DNA of 64,000 nt from Octopus bimaculoides (GCF_001194135.2 NC_068983.1:88264357-88328356); one strand, 5' to 3'. Shown: positions 1-12,171, counted from the first letter of the stretch. Numbers and translations: made by a program. Notes: generated by a model from the sequence alone, not told the origin.

Positions 1-34
<34 letters not shown>

Positions 35-171
35 CATACACTCATTTACATGCTCATATTCACATCTCTCTCTACACACACACATATACATATACATGTA
101 TATGCATATATATGTATAAATATACACAAACACGCATATACATATACATGCATATGCATATATATGTATAA

Positions 172-205
<34 letters not shown>

Positions 206-378
206 GTATATATGTATACGCAACTTCATCTTCACATAGATATACGCCTACATTTATATTAGACATTTATAGAAATAATTATACTCACACACAAACGTAA
301 ACATATACATATATGCACACTCGTACATGCATATATTCATTCTCGCCGCATACATGAATATACATATATATACGGAGT

Positions 379-425
<47 letters not shown>
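1..425. repeat. Compound (TA)n/(CA)n/(TACA)n microsatellite
   Basis: Directly visible dinucleotide runs. Confidence 0.97.
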
Positions 426-429
<4 letters not shown>

Positions 430-432
430 CTT

Positions 433-1460
433 AGCATAACAATAGATATCAATTTCCTTGAAGTATCTCTAGATTTAAAAAAGAATATTTACAAATCTTG
501 TAGGAAGCCCAACGATAGACTTAGTTATATTAATGTAGGTTCCTGCCACCCTGTCATTATTTTTAAGAATTTAGTTAAGAATATTAGTAGGAGAATTTCT
601 AGCATTTCCTCCGATATAAACATACTTAATAATGTTGCCCCAATATATAACAAAGCTCTTAAAGATAGTGGATTTAAAGAGGAAATAGCTTATACACCTG
701 TTATTAGTCCAGAAATAAAGAAAAGAAAACATAGACTCAGGAAAATTATCTGGTTCACCCCCCCTTAATCCTTCCGAAGTGACCTTTAATATAGGTGAAT
801 ATTTCTTGTCACTTATAGATAGACACTTTCTCATAAATCCTGAATATAGGAAACTCTTTAATAGGCATAACCTAAAAATTAGTTTTAGTTCAACTACAAA
901 TTTTAAAAATATAATTGCACATAACACAAAAAAAAACAACACGAAGCCGGCTGTTCCTGCAGAGATAAAGACTTGTGCCCGCTATATGGAGCCTGTATGA
1001 CCGAGACCATTATGAAGCCACCATAGATTCTACGACGGCTACACAGTTTCGTCAAAGAAATATGTGGGTCTTACAGAGGGAAATTTTAAAGTTAGGTTCA
1101 ATAATCACACTTTAAGCTTCAGACACTTGGATAAAAGAAAAACGACCAAATTATCCAGTTATATCTGGTTCTTAAAAGTACAAGGTGTCAGCTATAAGGT
1201 TCATTGGAAGATCTTGGCCAAGTGTAAAGCAGGAGGAAGTGCAGTCTTTGTGATATGAAAAGATGGCTCATCTGGAAAGGTGCCTTAGACTCCGCTACAT
1301 GTCTAAATTCAAGAACTGAACTTTTGGGTTCATGTCCACATATGACAAAATACTTGTTACGGTTTTGGGCCCCCCAAGATCACGGATAGAACCTGCTTTT
1401 TTATTATGTCCCTGTACAAGCCTTCCATATGTCTTAATATTTTTTATTGTTTCATATATA
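433..1460 (+). mobile_element. Penelope-like retroelement, decayed 3' part (RT thumb plus GIY-YIG endonuclease)
   Basis: Frameshifted translation INFLEVSLDL..RKPNDRLSYINVGSCHP..ISRRISSISSD..YNKALKDSGF..RKIIWFTPP..NIGEYFLSLIDRHF..YVGLTEGNFKVRFNNHTLSFRH..TKLSSYIWFLK..WKIL..NSRTELLGSCPH is typical of PLE RT/GIY-YIG. Abuts (TA)n. Confidence 0.92.
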
Positions 1461-2613
1461 TATTTCATTTTTTCTTTTTTATTTGTGTGATTGTATACGC
1501 GTGTGAGTATATGTATATATAAATATATATCAAATGTGCATGTGTATACGTGTGTAGATATGTGTACACGTGTATGTATGTATGTGTATGAGTGCAAGAC
1601 TATCCGGTGCATAAGGGCGACTGTCATGCACATGTCTCCTTCCTTTATACGTATATGTATGTACATACGCTTGTATATCAGCGGTTGTAGGTGTGTTGAT
1701 TGATAGGTCGATGTATATATATATATATNNNNNNNNNNNNNNNNNNNNNNNNNNNNNNNNNNNNNNNNNNNNNNNNNNNNNNNNNNNNNNNNNNNNNNNN
1801 NNNNNNNNNNNNNNNNNNNNNNNNNNNNNNNNNNNNNNNNNNNNNNNNNNNNNNNNNNNNNNNNNNNNNNNNNNNNNNNNNNNNNNNNNNNNNNNNNNNN
1901 NNNNNNNNNNNNNNNNNNNNNNNNNNNNNNNNNNNNNNNNNNNNNNNNNNNNNNNNNNNNNNNNNNNNNNNNNNNNNNNNNNNNNNNNNNNNNNNNNNNN
2001 NNNNNNNNNNNNNNNNNNNNNNNNNNNNNNNNNNNNNNNNNNNNNNNNNNNNNNNNNNNNNNNNNNNNNNNNNNNNNNNNNNNNNNNNNNNNNNNNNNNN
2101 NNNNNNNNNNNNNNNNNNNNNNNNNNNNNNNNNNNNNNNNNNNNNNNNNNNNNNNNNNNNNNNNNNNNNNNNNNNNNNNNNNNNNNNNNNNNNNNNNNNN
2201 NNNNNNNNNNNNNNNNNNNNNNNNNNNNNNNNNNNNNNNNNNNNNNNNNNNNNNNNNNNNNNNNNNNNNNNNNNNNNNNNNNNNNNNNNNNNNNNNNNNN
2301 NNNNNNNNNNNNNNNNNNNNNNNNNNNNNNNNNNNNNNNNNNNNNNNNNNNNNNNNNNNNNNNNNNNNNNNNNNNNNNNNNNNNNNNNNNNNNNNNNNNN
2401 NNNNNNNNNNNNNNNNNNNNNNNNNNNNNNNNNNNNNNNNNNNNNNNNNNNNNNNNNNNNNNNNNNNNNNNNNNNNNNNNNNNNNNNNNNNNNNNNNNNN
2501 NNNNNNNNNNNNNNNNNNNNNNNNNNNNNNNNNNNNNNNNNNNNNNNNNNNNNNNNNNNNNNNNNNNNNNNNNNNNNNNNNNNNNNNNNNNNNNNNNNNN
2601 NNNNNNNNNNNNC

Positions 2614-3000
2614 ATATATCGTGGCACTCCGTCGGTTACGACGAGGGTTCCAGTTGATCCAACCAACGGAACAGCCTGCTCGTGAAATTAACGTGCAAGT
2701 GGCTGAGCACTCCACAGACACGTGTACCCTTAACGTAGTTCTCGGGGAGATTCGGCGTGACACAGATTGTGACAATACTGGTCCTTTGAAATACAGGTAC
2801 AATAGAAACAGGAAGAAAGAGTGAGAGAAAGCTGTGGTGCAAGAGTACAGCAAGGTTCGCCACTATCTCCCTGCTGGAGCCTCGTGGAACTTTAGGTGTT
2901 TTCGCTGGATAAACACTCACAACGCCCAGTCTGGGAGTCGAAACAGCGATCGTACGACAACGAGTCCGCTGCCCTAACCACTGGGACATTGCACCTCCAC
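2614..3000 (-). mobile_element. tRNA-derived SINE
   Basis: Minus strand starts GGTGCAATGTCCCAGTGGTTAGGGCAGCGGACTCG..GTTTCGACTCC (A and B boxes), followed by a non-tRNA body. Flanked by microsatellites. Confidence 0.8.
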
Positions 3001-3007
3001 ACAAATG

Positions 3008-3064
<57 letters not shown>

Positions 3065-3964
3065 NNNNNNNNNNNNNNNNNNNNNNNNNNNNNNNNNNNN
3101 NNNNNNNNNNNNNNNNNNNNNNNNNNNNNNNNNNNNNNNNNNNNNNNNNNNNNNNNNNNNNNNNNNNNNNNNNNNNNNNNNNNNNNNNNNNNNNNNNNNN
3201 NNNNNNNNNNNNNNNNNNNNNNNNNNNNNNNNNNNNNNNNNNNNNNNNNNNNNNNNNNNNNNNNNNNNNNNNNNNNNNNNNNNNNNNNNNNNNNNNNNNN
3301 NNNNNNNNNNNNNNNNNNNNNNNNNNNNNNNNNNNNNNNNNNNNNNNNNNNNNNNNNNNNNNNNNNNNNNNNNNNNNNNNNNNNNNNNNNNNNNNNNNNN
3401 NNNNNNNNNNNNNNNNNNNNNNNNNNNNNNNNNNNNNNNNNNNNNNNNNNNNNNNNNNNNNNNNNNNNNNNNNNNNNNNNNNNNNNNNNNNNNNNNNNNN
3501 NNNNNNNNNNNNNNNNNNNNNNNNNNNNNNNNNNNNNNNNNNNNNNNNNNNNNNNNNNNNNNNNNNNNNNNNNNNNNNNNNNNNNNNNNNNNNNNNNNNN
3601 NNNNNNNNNNNNNNNNNNNNNNNNNNNNNNNNNNNNNNNNNNNNNNNNNNNNNNNNNNNNNNNNNNNNNNNNNNNNNNNNNNNNNNNNNNNNNNNNNNNN
3701 NNNNNNNNNNNNNNNNNNNNNNNNNNNNNNNNNNNNNNNNNNNNNNNNNNNNNNNNNNNNNNNNNNNNNNNNNNNNNNNNNNNNNNNNNNNNNNNNNNNN
3801 NNNNNNNNNNNNNNNNNNNNNNNNNNNNNGTGTTTGTAAATATATATGCATATGGGGTGGGGGGGTGAATGTATGTGTTTATGTTGGCATGCATGTACGT
3901 ATGTATTCATGTATGTACGCATGTATTATGCATGCATGTGCTGTATCTTTGTGTTTCCCTTCCC

Positions 3965-4136
3965 TCCACAAACTGATAATCGGCAAAAGAAACTGATAGA
4001 TTAAGTATCAGGTTCTTTTAAAAGAAAAGAAAAAAAAGCACTGGGGTCGATTCGTTCAACAAAAAACCTTTCATAGCGGTGCCCCAGCATGGCAGCATTT
4101 CAATGACTGAAACAAGTAAAAGATAAAAGATAAAAT
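3965..4136 (+). mobile_element. SINE family A, 3' tail
   Basis: GGTGCCCCAGCATGG..AATGACTGAAACAAGTAAAAGATAAAAGATAAAA; same tail at 17.6, 31.0, 37.4, 39.2, 44.8 and 50.2 kb. Confidence 0.85.
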
Positions 4137-4159
4137 TTATGGTGAAATAACCTTGATTA

Positions 4160-4500
4160 TTATTTATTTCTTTATTGCCCACAGGGGGATAAACATAGAG
4201 GGAACAAACAAGGATAGACAAAGAGATTGTTACTGCATAGAGATTTTACCTTTTATGGAATCGAACCATAATATATTAAGACCAATTACATCTTGTTGTT
4301 AAACTTTAGGCCTTGTGTCAAGTTAAATTAATATCAATGACATTGGTACAAGGTCAGCAGTTTCGGGCAATAATATTCGTACTTATTTTATCCATCCCGA
4401 AAGGATGGAAGGCAAAGTCAACCCTGGTGGTATTTGAACTCGGAACGTAAAGTCAGAAAGAATGCCGCTAAGCATTTTGCCCGGGGCGGTAGCGTTTGTA
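4160..4500 (-). mobile_element. SINE family B, two pieces
   Basis: Reverse complement matches the intact copy at 47859-48082 (TTGCCTTCCATCCTTTCGGG..AAGTAC core; TATGTTTA..GTGGGCAATAAAGAAATAA tail). Confidence 0.85.
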
Positions 4501-4875
4501 ACGGCCCGATGCTTTTGATATACGAGAAATATCTGACGCAGGCCGAAAATGTTCCGTATCATTTAAGTTATCTCCCTTACATTAAAGACTGAAAGTACGG
4601 TTCAGTCGATTATGAGAATCTGGAGGAAATCAATAATAGAACGTCGCGTTGGTGAAATCTTGATCGTTGGCTTCATTTCTGACAAATTAAAAAGTATGCG
4701 AATATATTATTGTGTGTATGAGACAAGAGAAAATTAAAACTGTATGAAAAGCATGTAGTGTTTCACCATCTTCATATACACGTGTGTTTACATACAGACA
4801 TGCTGACATAAGTACCTATATATGTGTGTGTATGTGTATGTATGCATGTACACACACATACGCATGCATATATAT

Positions 4876-5100
4876 ATATATATTGCAAGACAATGTGTGA
4901 GAGAAATTGTGATGTAACAGGACAGAAATGTGTCTGCATGGATGATGGTGTCCTTGCTTTTAATGATTCTGAAAAGAAAGAGGCTTGGAGAAGCCATTAT
5001 GAAAGGCTGCTGAATGTGGAGAATGAATGGGAGGAGGAGAGTTTGTCAAATGTTGATCCACTAGAGGGACCAGCTACCCAAATAGATAGCATCCTAGTAG
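4876..5100 (+). mobile_element. RTE-clade LINE (family 2) internal fragment
   Basis: CERNCDVTGQKCVCMDDGVLAFNDSEKKEAWRSHYERLLNVENEWEEESLSNVDPLEGPATQIDS; homologous to 60549-60734 (-). Confidence 0.9.
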
Positions 5101-5571
5101 AGCTAAACAACAGCAGTATTCGTCCTATTTTTTGAACTGCCATGTTGGCTTGGCAATAACTATTAACATCCAGTACTGCTGCCGTAGTCTCCTTTTGAGA
5201 GACTTAGAAATATTAATATTTCTATTTTTGAAAACCAGTGAATGTATTCCACTTAATTTAGGTAAATAATCCTTCATACAGACGGGCAGTAGAGATGCCT
5301 GCTGGGTTCGGCTGCTCTACATTGATAAGGGGCAACACCTTCAAACTGGTCTGTAGATGCCAGACCAGCATGGGGAAGTGACTGACCTCCACTGTTTGAA
5401 GGTTATAATGGACACAGGTTTATGTGTCACATAGCTAGCTAGAGGTGATGGCCTCTTGGAGCTAATCAACGGCAGCATTCGTCCTATTTTTGGGACTGCC
5501 TTGTTGGCTTCGCGATAGCTATTAATATCTAATACCACTGCTGTAGTCTCCTTTAGAGAGACTTAGAAATA

Positions 5572-5578
<7 letters not shown>
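5101..5578. repeat. Partial tandem repeat: 119-bp segment repeated with a 359-bp period
   Basis: 5101-5219 versus 5460-5578: 16 mismatches, no indels (counted by hand). Confidence 0.9.
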
Positions 5579-5627
<49 letters not shown>

Positions 5628-5707
5628 CATACATATTTATACACATATATACATATATAACACACACACACACACATATCTATACATGTACACATACATA
5701 TATATAT

Positions 5708-5958
5708 GTTGTGCTTGGGAACGAAGATCCATCAAGCCGAGTGATATCGTAATTGAGGCAGATATTGAAATCGTAGTTATGGCAACTGGCACGTAAAAGC
5801 ACCCATTACACTCTTGGAGTGGTTGGCATTAGGAAGGGCATCAGCCATAGAAACCATGCCAAATCAGACGAGTATCTGGTGCAGCCCCTCAGCTTACCAG
5901 CCTTGATCAAACCGTCCAACTCATGCCAGCATGGACAACTGACATTAAATAATGATGT
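5708..5958 (+). mobile_element. RTE family 2, 3' UTR and tail
   Basis: GGCACGTAAAAGCACCC..TTGGCATTAGGAAGGGCATC..CCGTCCAACTCATGCCAGCATGGA..TAAATAATGATG; same tail as 60350-60537. Confidence 0.88.
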
Positions 5959-6007
5959 GTGTGTGTGTGTGTATGTATGATGATTGCAACACACACACCA
6001 CACACCA

Positions 6008-9000
6008 TCACACAGCACAATCCCTCCATTGATGAGCCCGCAGATGACATTTAAGACCAGCTGCTGACTGACAGGGTTTAAAACACAAGTGGAAGATATT
6101 ATTTAAGCTTCTTCTATATCTTTGCCCTTTGGAATCTGATTCTGAAGGAATGTTTTTGTGAACTAGCATATGTCTTTTAAATCCAGATATTGTCTTACAA
6201 GTTTTGTGACATATGACACAAGTTGTAAGAGGCGGTTGGTGTCCAAGATCATTATGTATCTGGGCATTTCGCTTTTCATGTGACTTGATATGGTTCACAT
6301 ATCCTGTTTTTGACAACAGAACATGATCACACATAATACATATCCAATGTTCACTGTTGATTTCAGTTCCATTCATTCCTTTGCGGAGTGCTGAATTATC
6401 TTTTCCTCTCAGGTGTTGCAACCAATCCTAACAACACCTCTCCACATGTTCCGATCCAGAACATCAATTTCCCAATCACTTTTGTCCATATCTAGTTTCT
6501 TCAGGTTTTTCTTCACACAGTTTTTATACCTTATCCTTGGCTTATGTTGTGGTCACTTACCAGACTTGAGTTCACCATAAAAAAGATGCTTTGGCAATCG
6601 CTCATCTTTCATTCTAATAACACATCCAGCCCATCTCATTTGAGTTAAGATAACGTTCAATTGAGCTACTATGTGCCATTTGCAAAACTTCTGTATCCAG
6701 TATGAAACATTCCCACTTGACTCCCAAAATACATCTGAGGCTCTTTTGATGAAATCTCTCCAGCATTTTCATATGACGCATATAAGTGGTCCATGTCTCA
6801 CTCGAATAAAGAAGTGCCATCAATACACACATTTTATAGATATTGATTTTCGCCAGCAGGAAAATACATCTATCTGCCCGTACTCGCTTTTCGAGCTTTC
6901 CAAATGCAACACTTCCCTCCCCTATTCAGTAGTTTATCTCTGCATCAAAGCCACCATCTCTTGACAGTATGCTTCCTAGGTAAATAAAAGTGTTAATGAC
7001 TTCTAACCTTGTTCCATTCACAAAAATGTTTGGTTCAGAATGTGTTTGTCTTGGAGCAGGAGTAAATATTACTTTGCTTTTCCCAAGACTAATTGTGAGT
7101 CTAAAATGTACACATGCAGTGGAAAATCTGTCCATTAAATGTTGCATGCCTCCCTCTGAGTGTGCCATTAAATTAGCATCATCAGTGAAAAGTAATCCTT
7201 TTACAAGTGTTTTGAAAGTTTTTGCTTTGCAGTTAAACTGATTCAGATTAATAATGTGACCAGATGTCTGAAATCTGATTCTAATTCCCCTGTTGCAATC
7301 CTTGAAAGCTTACCAAAGCAATGCAGCAAAATAAATAGAGAAAAGTGAAGGGGCAGGAATATCTCTCTGTTTGACACCATTGTCTACCAAAAATTCATGC
7401 GATAGCTCATTAAAGACTACCTGAGCTTTCATATTTCTGCATTGTTCCTTAAAGATGCTCACAAAATGTGTTGGGCAACCAAGTTTACACAAAACAATCC
7501 ACAGTGCCTCCCTGTTTACCATGTCAAATGCCTTAGTTAAAACTATGAAGACCTGGTAGAGTGGCATTTGTCCCTCTAAGCATTGTTCGTGAACCTGCCA
7601 CACAGAAAATATCATGTGCATTGTTCCTTAGTCAGGTGTGAAACCACACTGTTCTTCGGGTATCACATATGGGCACATTCTCAACGAGACAATCTAACAT
7701 GATCCTTGAAAGTATCTTTCCGGTATGTGCCAGGAGAGTTATCGCTCTAGAATTACCACACACTGCTTTTGTGCCCATACCCATGTATAAAGAGATTAGA
7801 ATGCTATTTATCTATTCCTATGGTACATAAGATCCATTCCAAATTCGAGTTATCAGGCTGTGAATTTCAGATGAAATATGATCTCTACCTGTTTTCAGAA
7901 TTTCAACTGGAATACCATCTAATCCAAGAGCTTTACCTGATCTCAGTTTATATAATGCCAGATTTGCTTCTTCAATCGAAGGTGTATCATTCATGTGTTG
8001 TGCTATCTCTGTTTGTGGAATGTTGTTTATGATATACATGTTCACTACAGACAGATTGTAGAAAAGATCTGCAAAGTGTTCTCTCCATCTATTTATTATT
8101 CCCGGAAGATCTTTAATAACCTCATTTCCATCTTTTGACTTCAAGGGAACACATGATGAAGATTGGGATCCAAAAGCTTGCCATAATAAATTATAAAAAC
8201 TTTTAATGTCTTCCCTAGCATAGGCCACCTGCACCTCCTCAGACAAATTTCTCCACCAAGTCTCTTTAAGCTTCCTGAGTTCCTTTTGCAAGTCTGCTTT
8301 CTGGGACTTGTACAACTTTTTTAGTTGCACTTTGTTCTTTACATTTGGGTCAAGAAGCTTTTCCTGAGTGGACCTCTTTGTTGCTAAAAGCTCATTTATT
8401 ACCATATCATTTAAATTGAACCAATCTTGGTGCTGTCTCCTCTTAAAATTAACACCTCTGATCCCATTTTATATATTCCATCCTGAAAAGATTCCCATGA
8501 ACCATCAAAATGAACATTGCTGCATCTCTTCTGAAATAACTACAAAACTTGTGGTTGTTTTAACTGCTCAACATCAATTCCTTTTGGTACTCATACACCT
8601 GCACCACAAATCTTCTTGTGGACCCTGAACTTAAACTTAGCCCTCACCATTTTGTGATCGGTATCACAATCAGCACCTCACAATATCCTGAGACAGCACA
8701 AATTTTGTAAGTCAACTTTCTGAGTTAATACAAAGTCAATCAGTGACTTTGCTTTGATCTTGAGTGAATCCTGGTAACATTATACTTCGACTTATGACAA
8801 AAGAAAGTATTCCCAACAACTATCTCTAGCTAAGAGTACATTTGTAGCAGATTCAACCCATTGTTGTTCATCTTTCCTATTCCATAATGCCCAAGTACAT
8901 TTCAAGCATCATAGTCTCTACCTACATGTGCATTAAAGTCACCATACATCTCATTCAAAGGGACTGACAGAATAATTCTACTAAGCTCCTCATAAAATAC

Positions 9001-9430
9001 ATAGATGAAAGTACAAGAGCATAGAGAAAACAGTTACAAAACGTCCACAAGAGAGGGGAATCCAGAGTTTCATTATGCATTTGTTTATGTTTTGAGATTA
9101 TTCTAGATCCTTTAGCAAATCACTTTTGCTTGCAAACCCAACACCACCTTCCTTTTTCTCTCACTTCAGCTTCCCAACCCAGAATGATATGAAACTTGCT
9201 GCTCTTTCGACAAGATGACCTTTGTTTGAACATCTTGTTTCAGAAAGAGCTGCAATATCGACATTAAGATGCCTTAGCTCCTTAGTTACTAGAGCTGTTC
9301 TTCATTCAGGCCTATCAGCTCAATCTAAAAGAGTTCTCACATTCCAACAGGCCAGGTTAAGAGAAACCTTATTCCTTGCATACTTGTTATTATTGTTTAT
9401 ATCAATTCTTTGTTCATTCCTGCTAAATTG
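6008..9430 (-). mobile_element. Near full-length RTE/BovB-like LINE (family 1): disrupted APE-RT ORF ending in three C2H2 zinc fingers
   Basis: N-terminus LNLACWNVRTLLD*ADRPE*RTALVTKELRHLNVDIAALSETR (APE). RT motifs KAFDMVNREALW, NGVKQRDIPAPSLFSIYF, FTYLGSILSRDG-like, LLYSSETW. C-terminus CIMC-x12-H-x3-H, CVIC-x12-H-x3-H, (F)HLC-x12-H-x3-H. Many stops and frameshifts. Confidence 0.93.
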
Positions 9431-9439
9431 AACTACCAT

Positions 9440-10527
9440 TTTAGAATGCTGGCATTTCACACAGTGTGCCAAAGCGGTGATCATTTAGCGCATATTAGGC
9501 CAGAAAAACCAAACCATAATAAGCTTCACTGAGGCAGTGATGCCAGGATGTGACAGTGAATGCAGGGCATCGAAAACAGAACACTGGTGGGTCACAGGTA
9601 CAAATGGTCTGGGAGAACCAGTAGCTGTGTCACAAAGGATTGTGCCTTCAGCAGATGGAAGTGAAAGATAGGAAAACTTGCAACAGGACAGCTTGGTGGA
9701 AGTTAGATCCAATGTGTCCAGAGCTGGCTGATCCTGAGCAATGGCAGTTAAATAAATTTCAGCAGGAGATGAAAGAGAACCCACAGGGAGACAAGACAGC
9801 ACATCAGCAGGTACGTTCTCGATTCCAGGTACATGCCGAATGTCACTCGTGAACTGGGAAATGTAGTCCAAGTGATGAAAAGCACGAGGCGATTGTCTGT
9901 CTGACATAGATGACAGAGTAAATGTAAGAGGCTTGTGATCAGTATAAATCACAAAATTCTGGCATTTGAGTTGATGTTGAAAGTGACAAATTGACAGGTA
10001 GACCGCTAATAGTTCATGATCAAACGTACTGTAACAATGTTCAGGTGGATTTAATTAACGAGAAAAAAATGCCAAAGGTCGAGCTTGATTATTGATGGTA
10101 TGTTGTAAAACAGCACCAACCGCAGAATCCAATGCATCAACTGTTAAAGAGAGATGAGCATCAGGAATTGGATGTACAAGCAAAGGAACAGAAGCTATTT
10201 CCTTCTTGATTGACTCAAAGAAAGATAATGCCTCGGCAGATAAAGTGATAGGAGAATTTTGGAGGAGAGAAGTCAGATACCATTAGAGTCAATATAATGA
10301 CCTAGGAATTCCAGTATCGATGTGGCCAGTATCGATTGGACATTCAGCAGTAGACAAGAGAAAAACAATTTCTTAAGCACAGGTTTGTCCTCAAGTGGAG
10401 TGTCACTGAATTCTCGCAAACAGCAAAGAAACTCAGATGGTGTCCTATCTCCCAGATGTTCATCCTGCATCAGTGTCTGGAATTTACTCTCCGTAGATTG
10501 TGTGTTCCGACGGAGGGCCTCGTATTT
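9440..10527 (-). mobile_element. Ty3/Gypsy LTR-retrotransposon internal fragment (gag piece, RT end, RNase H, integrase HHCC), internally deleted
   Basis: gag-like LGDRTPSEFL..LKKLFFSCLLLNVQSILA; RT end LEFLGHYIDSNGI; RNase H YSTFDHELLAVY..YTDHKPL..HLDYISQF..N(V)PADVLS; integrase HSLSHPG..FFWPNMR..CVKCQHSK. No LTR seen. Confidence 0.9.
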
Positions 10528-11075
10528 GATCTTCTATCAAAATGTTAAATATCGTAAACAGTGGCTTGGTAAAAGGGAAAAAGCTCAACCACAACCGGGA
10601 AGGGAACTTCATGGGAAAAGGTTCTTTTCTCTATCTGGTGAGATTGCAAAGGAGTAATTCACTTTGAATTGTTACCACCTAATGCAACAATCAATGCTCA
10701 AGTCTACTGTCAGCAATTAGAGCATTTGAACCATNNNNNNNNNNNNNNNNNNNNNNNNNNNNNNNNNNNNNNNNNNNNNNNNNNNNNNNNNNNNNNNNNN
10801 NNNNNNNNNNNNNNNNNNNNNNNNNNNNNNNNNNNNNNNNNNNNNNNNNNNNNNNNNNNNNNNNNNNCCCAACCTTGCTCCTTCAAACTACTATTTTTTT
10901 CGTAGTTTACAGAATCATTTGGGGGACATAACTTTCACAAGCTAGGAGGAGGTCGAAACTGACATTTCAGAGTTCTTTGCTTTGAAACCAAAAGAGTTTT
11001 ACATTGATGGGATTCAAAAGCTTGTAAATAGATGGAAGGAAGTCATAGATAATCAGGGAAAGTACATTGATGATT
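10525..11075 (+). mobile_element. mariner transposase, C-terminal fragment (spans an N gap)
   Basis: IFYQNVKYRKQW..DCKGVIHFELLPPNATINAQVYCQQLEHL..PNLAPSNYYFFRSLQNHL..FYIDGIQKLVNRWKEVIDNQGKYIDD*; includes a YSPDLAPSDY-like motif. Confidence 0.92.
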
Positions 11076-11209
11076 AAATTTCAATTAAATATAACATTTG
11101 ATCACTTGTTTTTTTTTATTCAAAATTTGGACGTTGCCTCTGAATGGGCAAGTTTTTGATCTCTGCTGCACAGGATAGTAAAAACATAAACACTTCAAAA
11201 GAAAAAAAC

Positions 11210-11530
11210 TTGACAACATGTTTGCTGGTTTAACATGGCTGAAAGGCAGCAGTGAAAAATTTGCTTTCCCTGTTTCTTGGTCACTGTTCTTACTATGACT
11301 GAAAGCAAGCAGTTAAAAATTTGCTTTCTGCTGACAACTTAACATGGCTGAAAGGCAAGCAGTAAAATATCTGCATTCTTTGTCTTTCTCTTTCTTGACT
11401 GCTCAATTTTTTTGTTTCCCTTCTCGAAAATAATAGAATACAAAGAAAATAACATTACTGTTCTTACTATGACTGAAAGCAAGCAAAAAATTTGCTTCCC
11501 TTTCCTATGTTTCTGTTGACAACTTTGTAC
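11210..11530 (+). repeat. Modular degenerate repeat: four copies of the core ATG(G/A)CTGAAAG(G)CA(A)GCA
   Basis: Cores near 11235, 11295, 11344 and 11469; CTGTTCTTACTATGACTGAAAGCAAGCA is exact at 11284 and 11458. Confidence 0.8.
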
Positions 11531-11680
11531 TAAGAAATGAAGGAGTGCGAAATAAAAGTAAATATAACTACAATGAAACTTGTGAAAATTATCAATAATC
11601 AATTATACATTACACAAAAATTATTTATCATGGAAAAATAGTAAGGCATGCATTGCATACATAGACCTTTCGCTCCTGAT

Positions 11681-11726
<46 letters not shown>

Positions 11727-11835
11727 GTATGTATGTATGTATATACATGTATATGCATACATGTATATGCATGTACATATATGTATATGTGTATGCATGT
11801 ATATATGTATGTGTGTGTGCACGGATATGTATCTG

Positions 11836-11906
<71 letters not shown>

Positions 11907-12171
11907 NNNNNNNNNNNNNNNNNNNNNNNNNNNNNNNNNNNNNNNNNNNNNNNNNNNNNNNNNNNNNNNNNNNNNNNNNNNNNNNNNNNNNNNNNNNNNN
12001 NNNNNNNNNNNNNNNNNNNNNNNNNNNNNNNNNNNNNNNNNNNNNNNNNNNNNNNNNNNNNNNNNNNNNNNNNNNNNNNNNNNNNNNNNNNNNNNNNNNN
12101 NNNAAAAACTCAATTAAAATCAATTTATAAAAAATTAAAATTAAATTGAGCTTTATAGATAAAATATATAT

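Noticed and set aside
50-266. ORFs of HT/YI/CV dipeptides, poly-E/Q (19022-19249) and poly-I (46443-46658)
   Set aside because: Translations of microsatellites; no splice or homology support.
2900-3000. tRNA-like sequences with A and B boxes (also 31380-31420 and 47860-47945)
   Set aside because: They lack a complete cloverleaf and continue into repeat bodies; these are SINE heads, not tRNA genes.
1530-3996. Long ORFs in the track that cross N runs (also 11.6-13.5, 15.6-16.6, 20.4-21.8 and 38.8-39.2 kb)
   Set aside because: Artefacts of translating assembly gaps as X.
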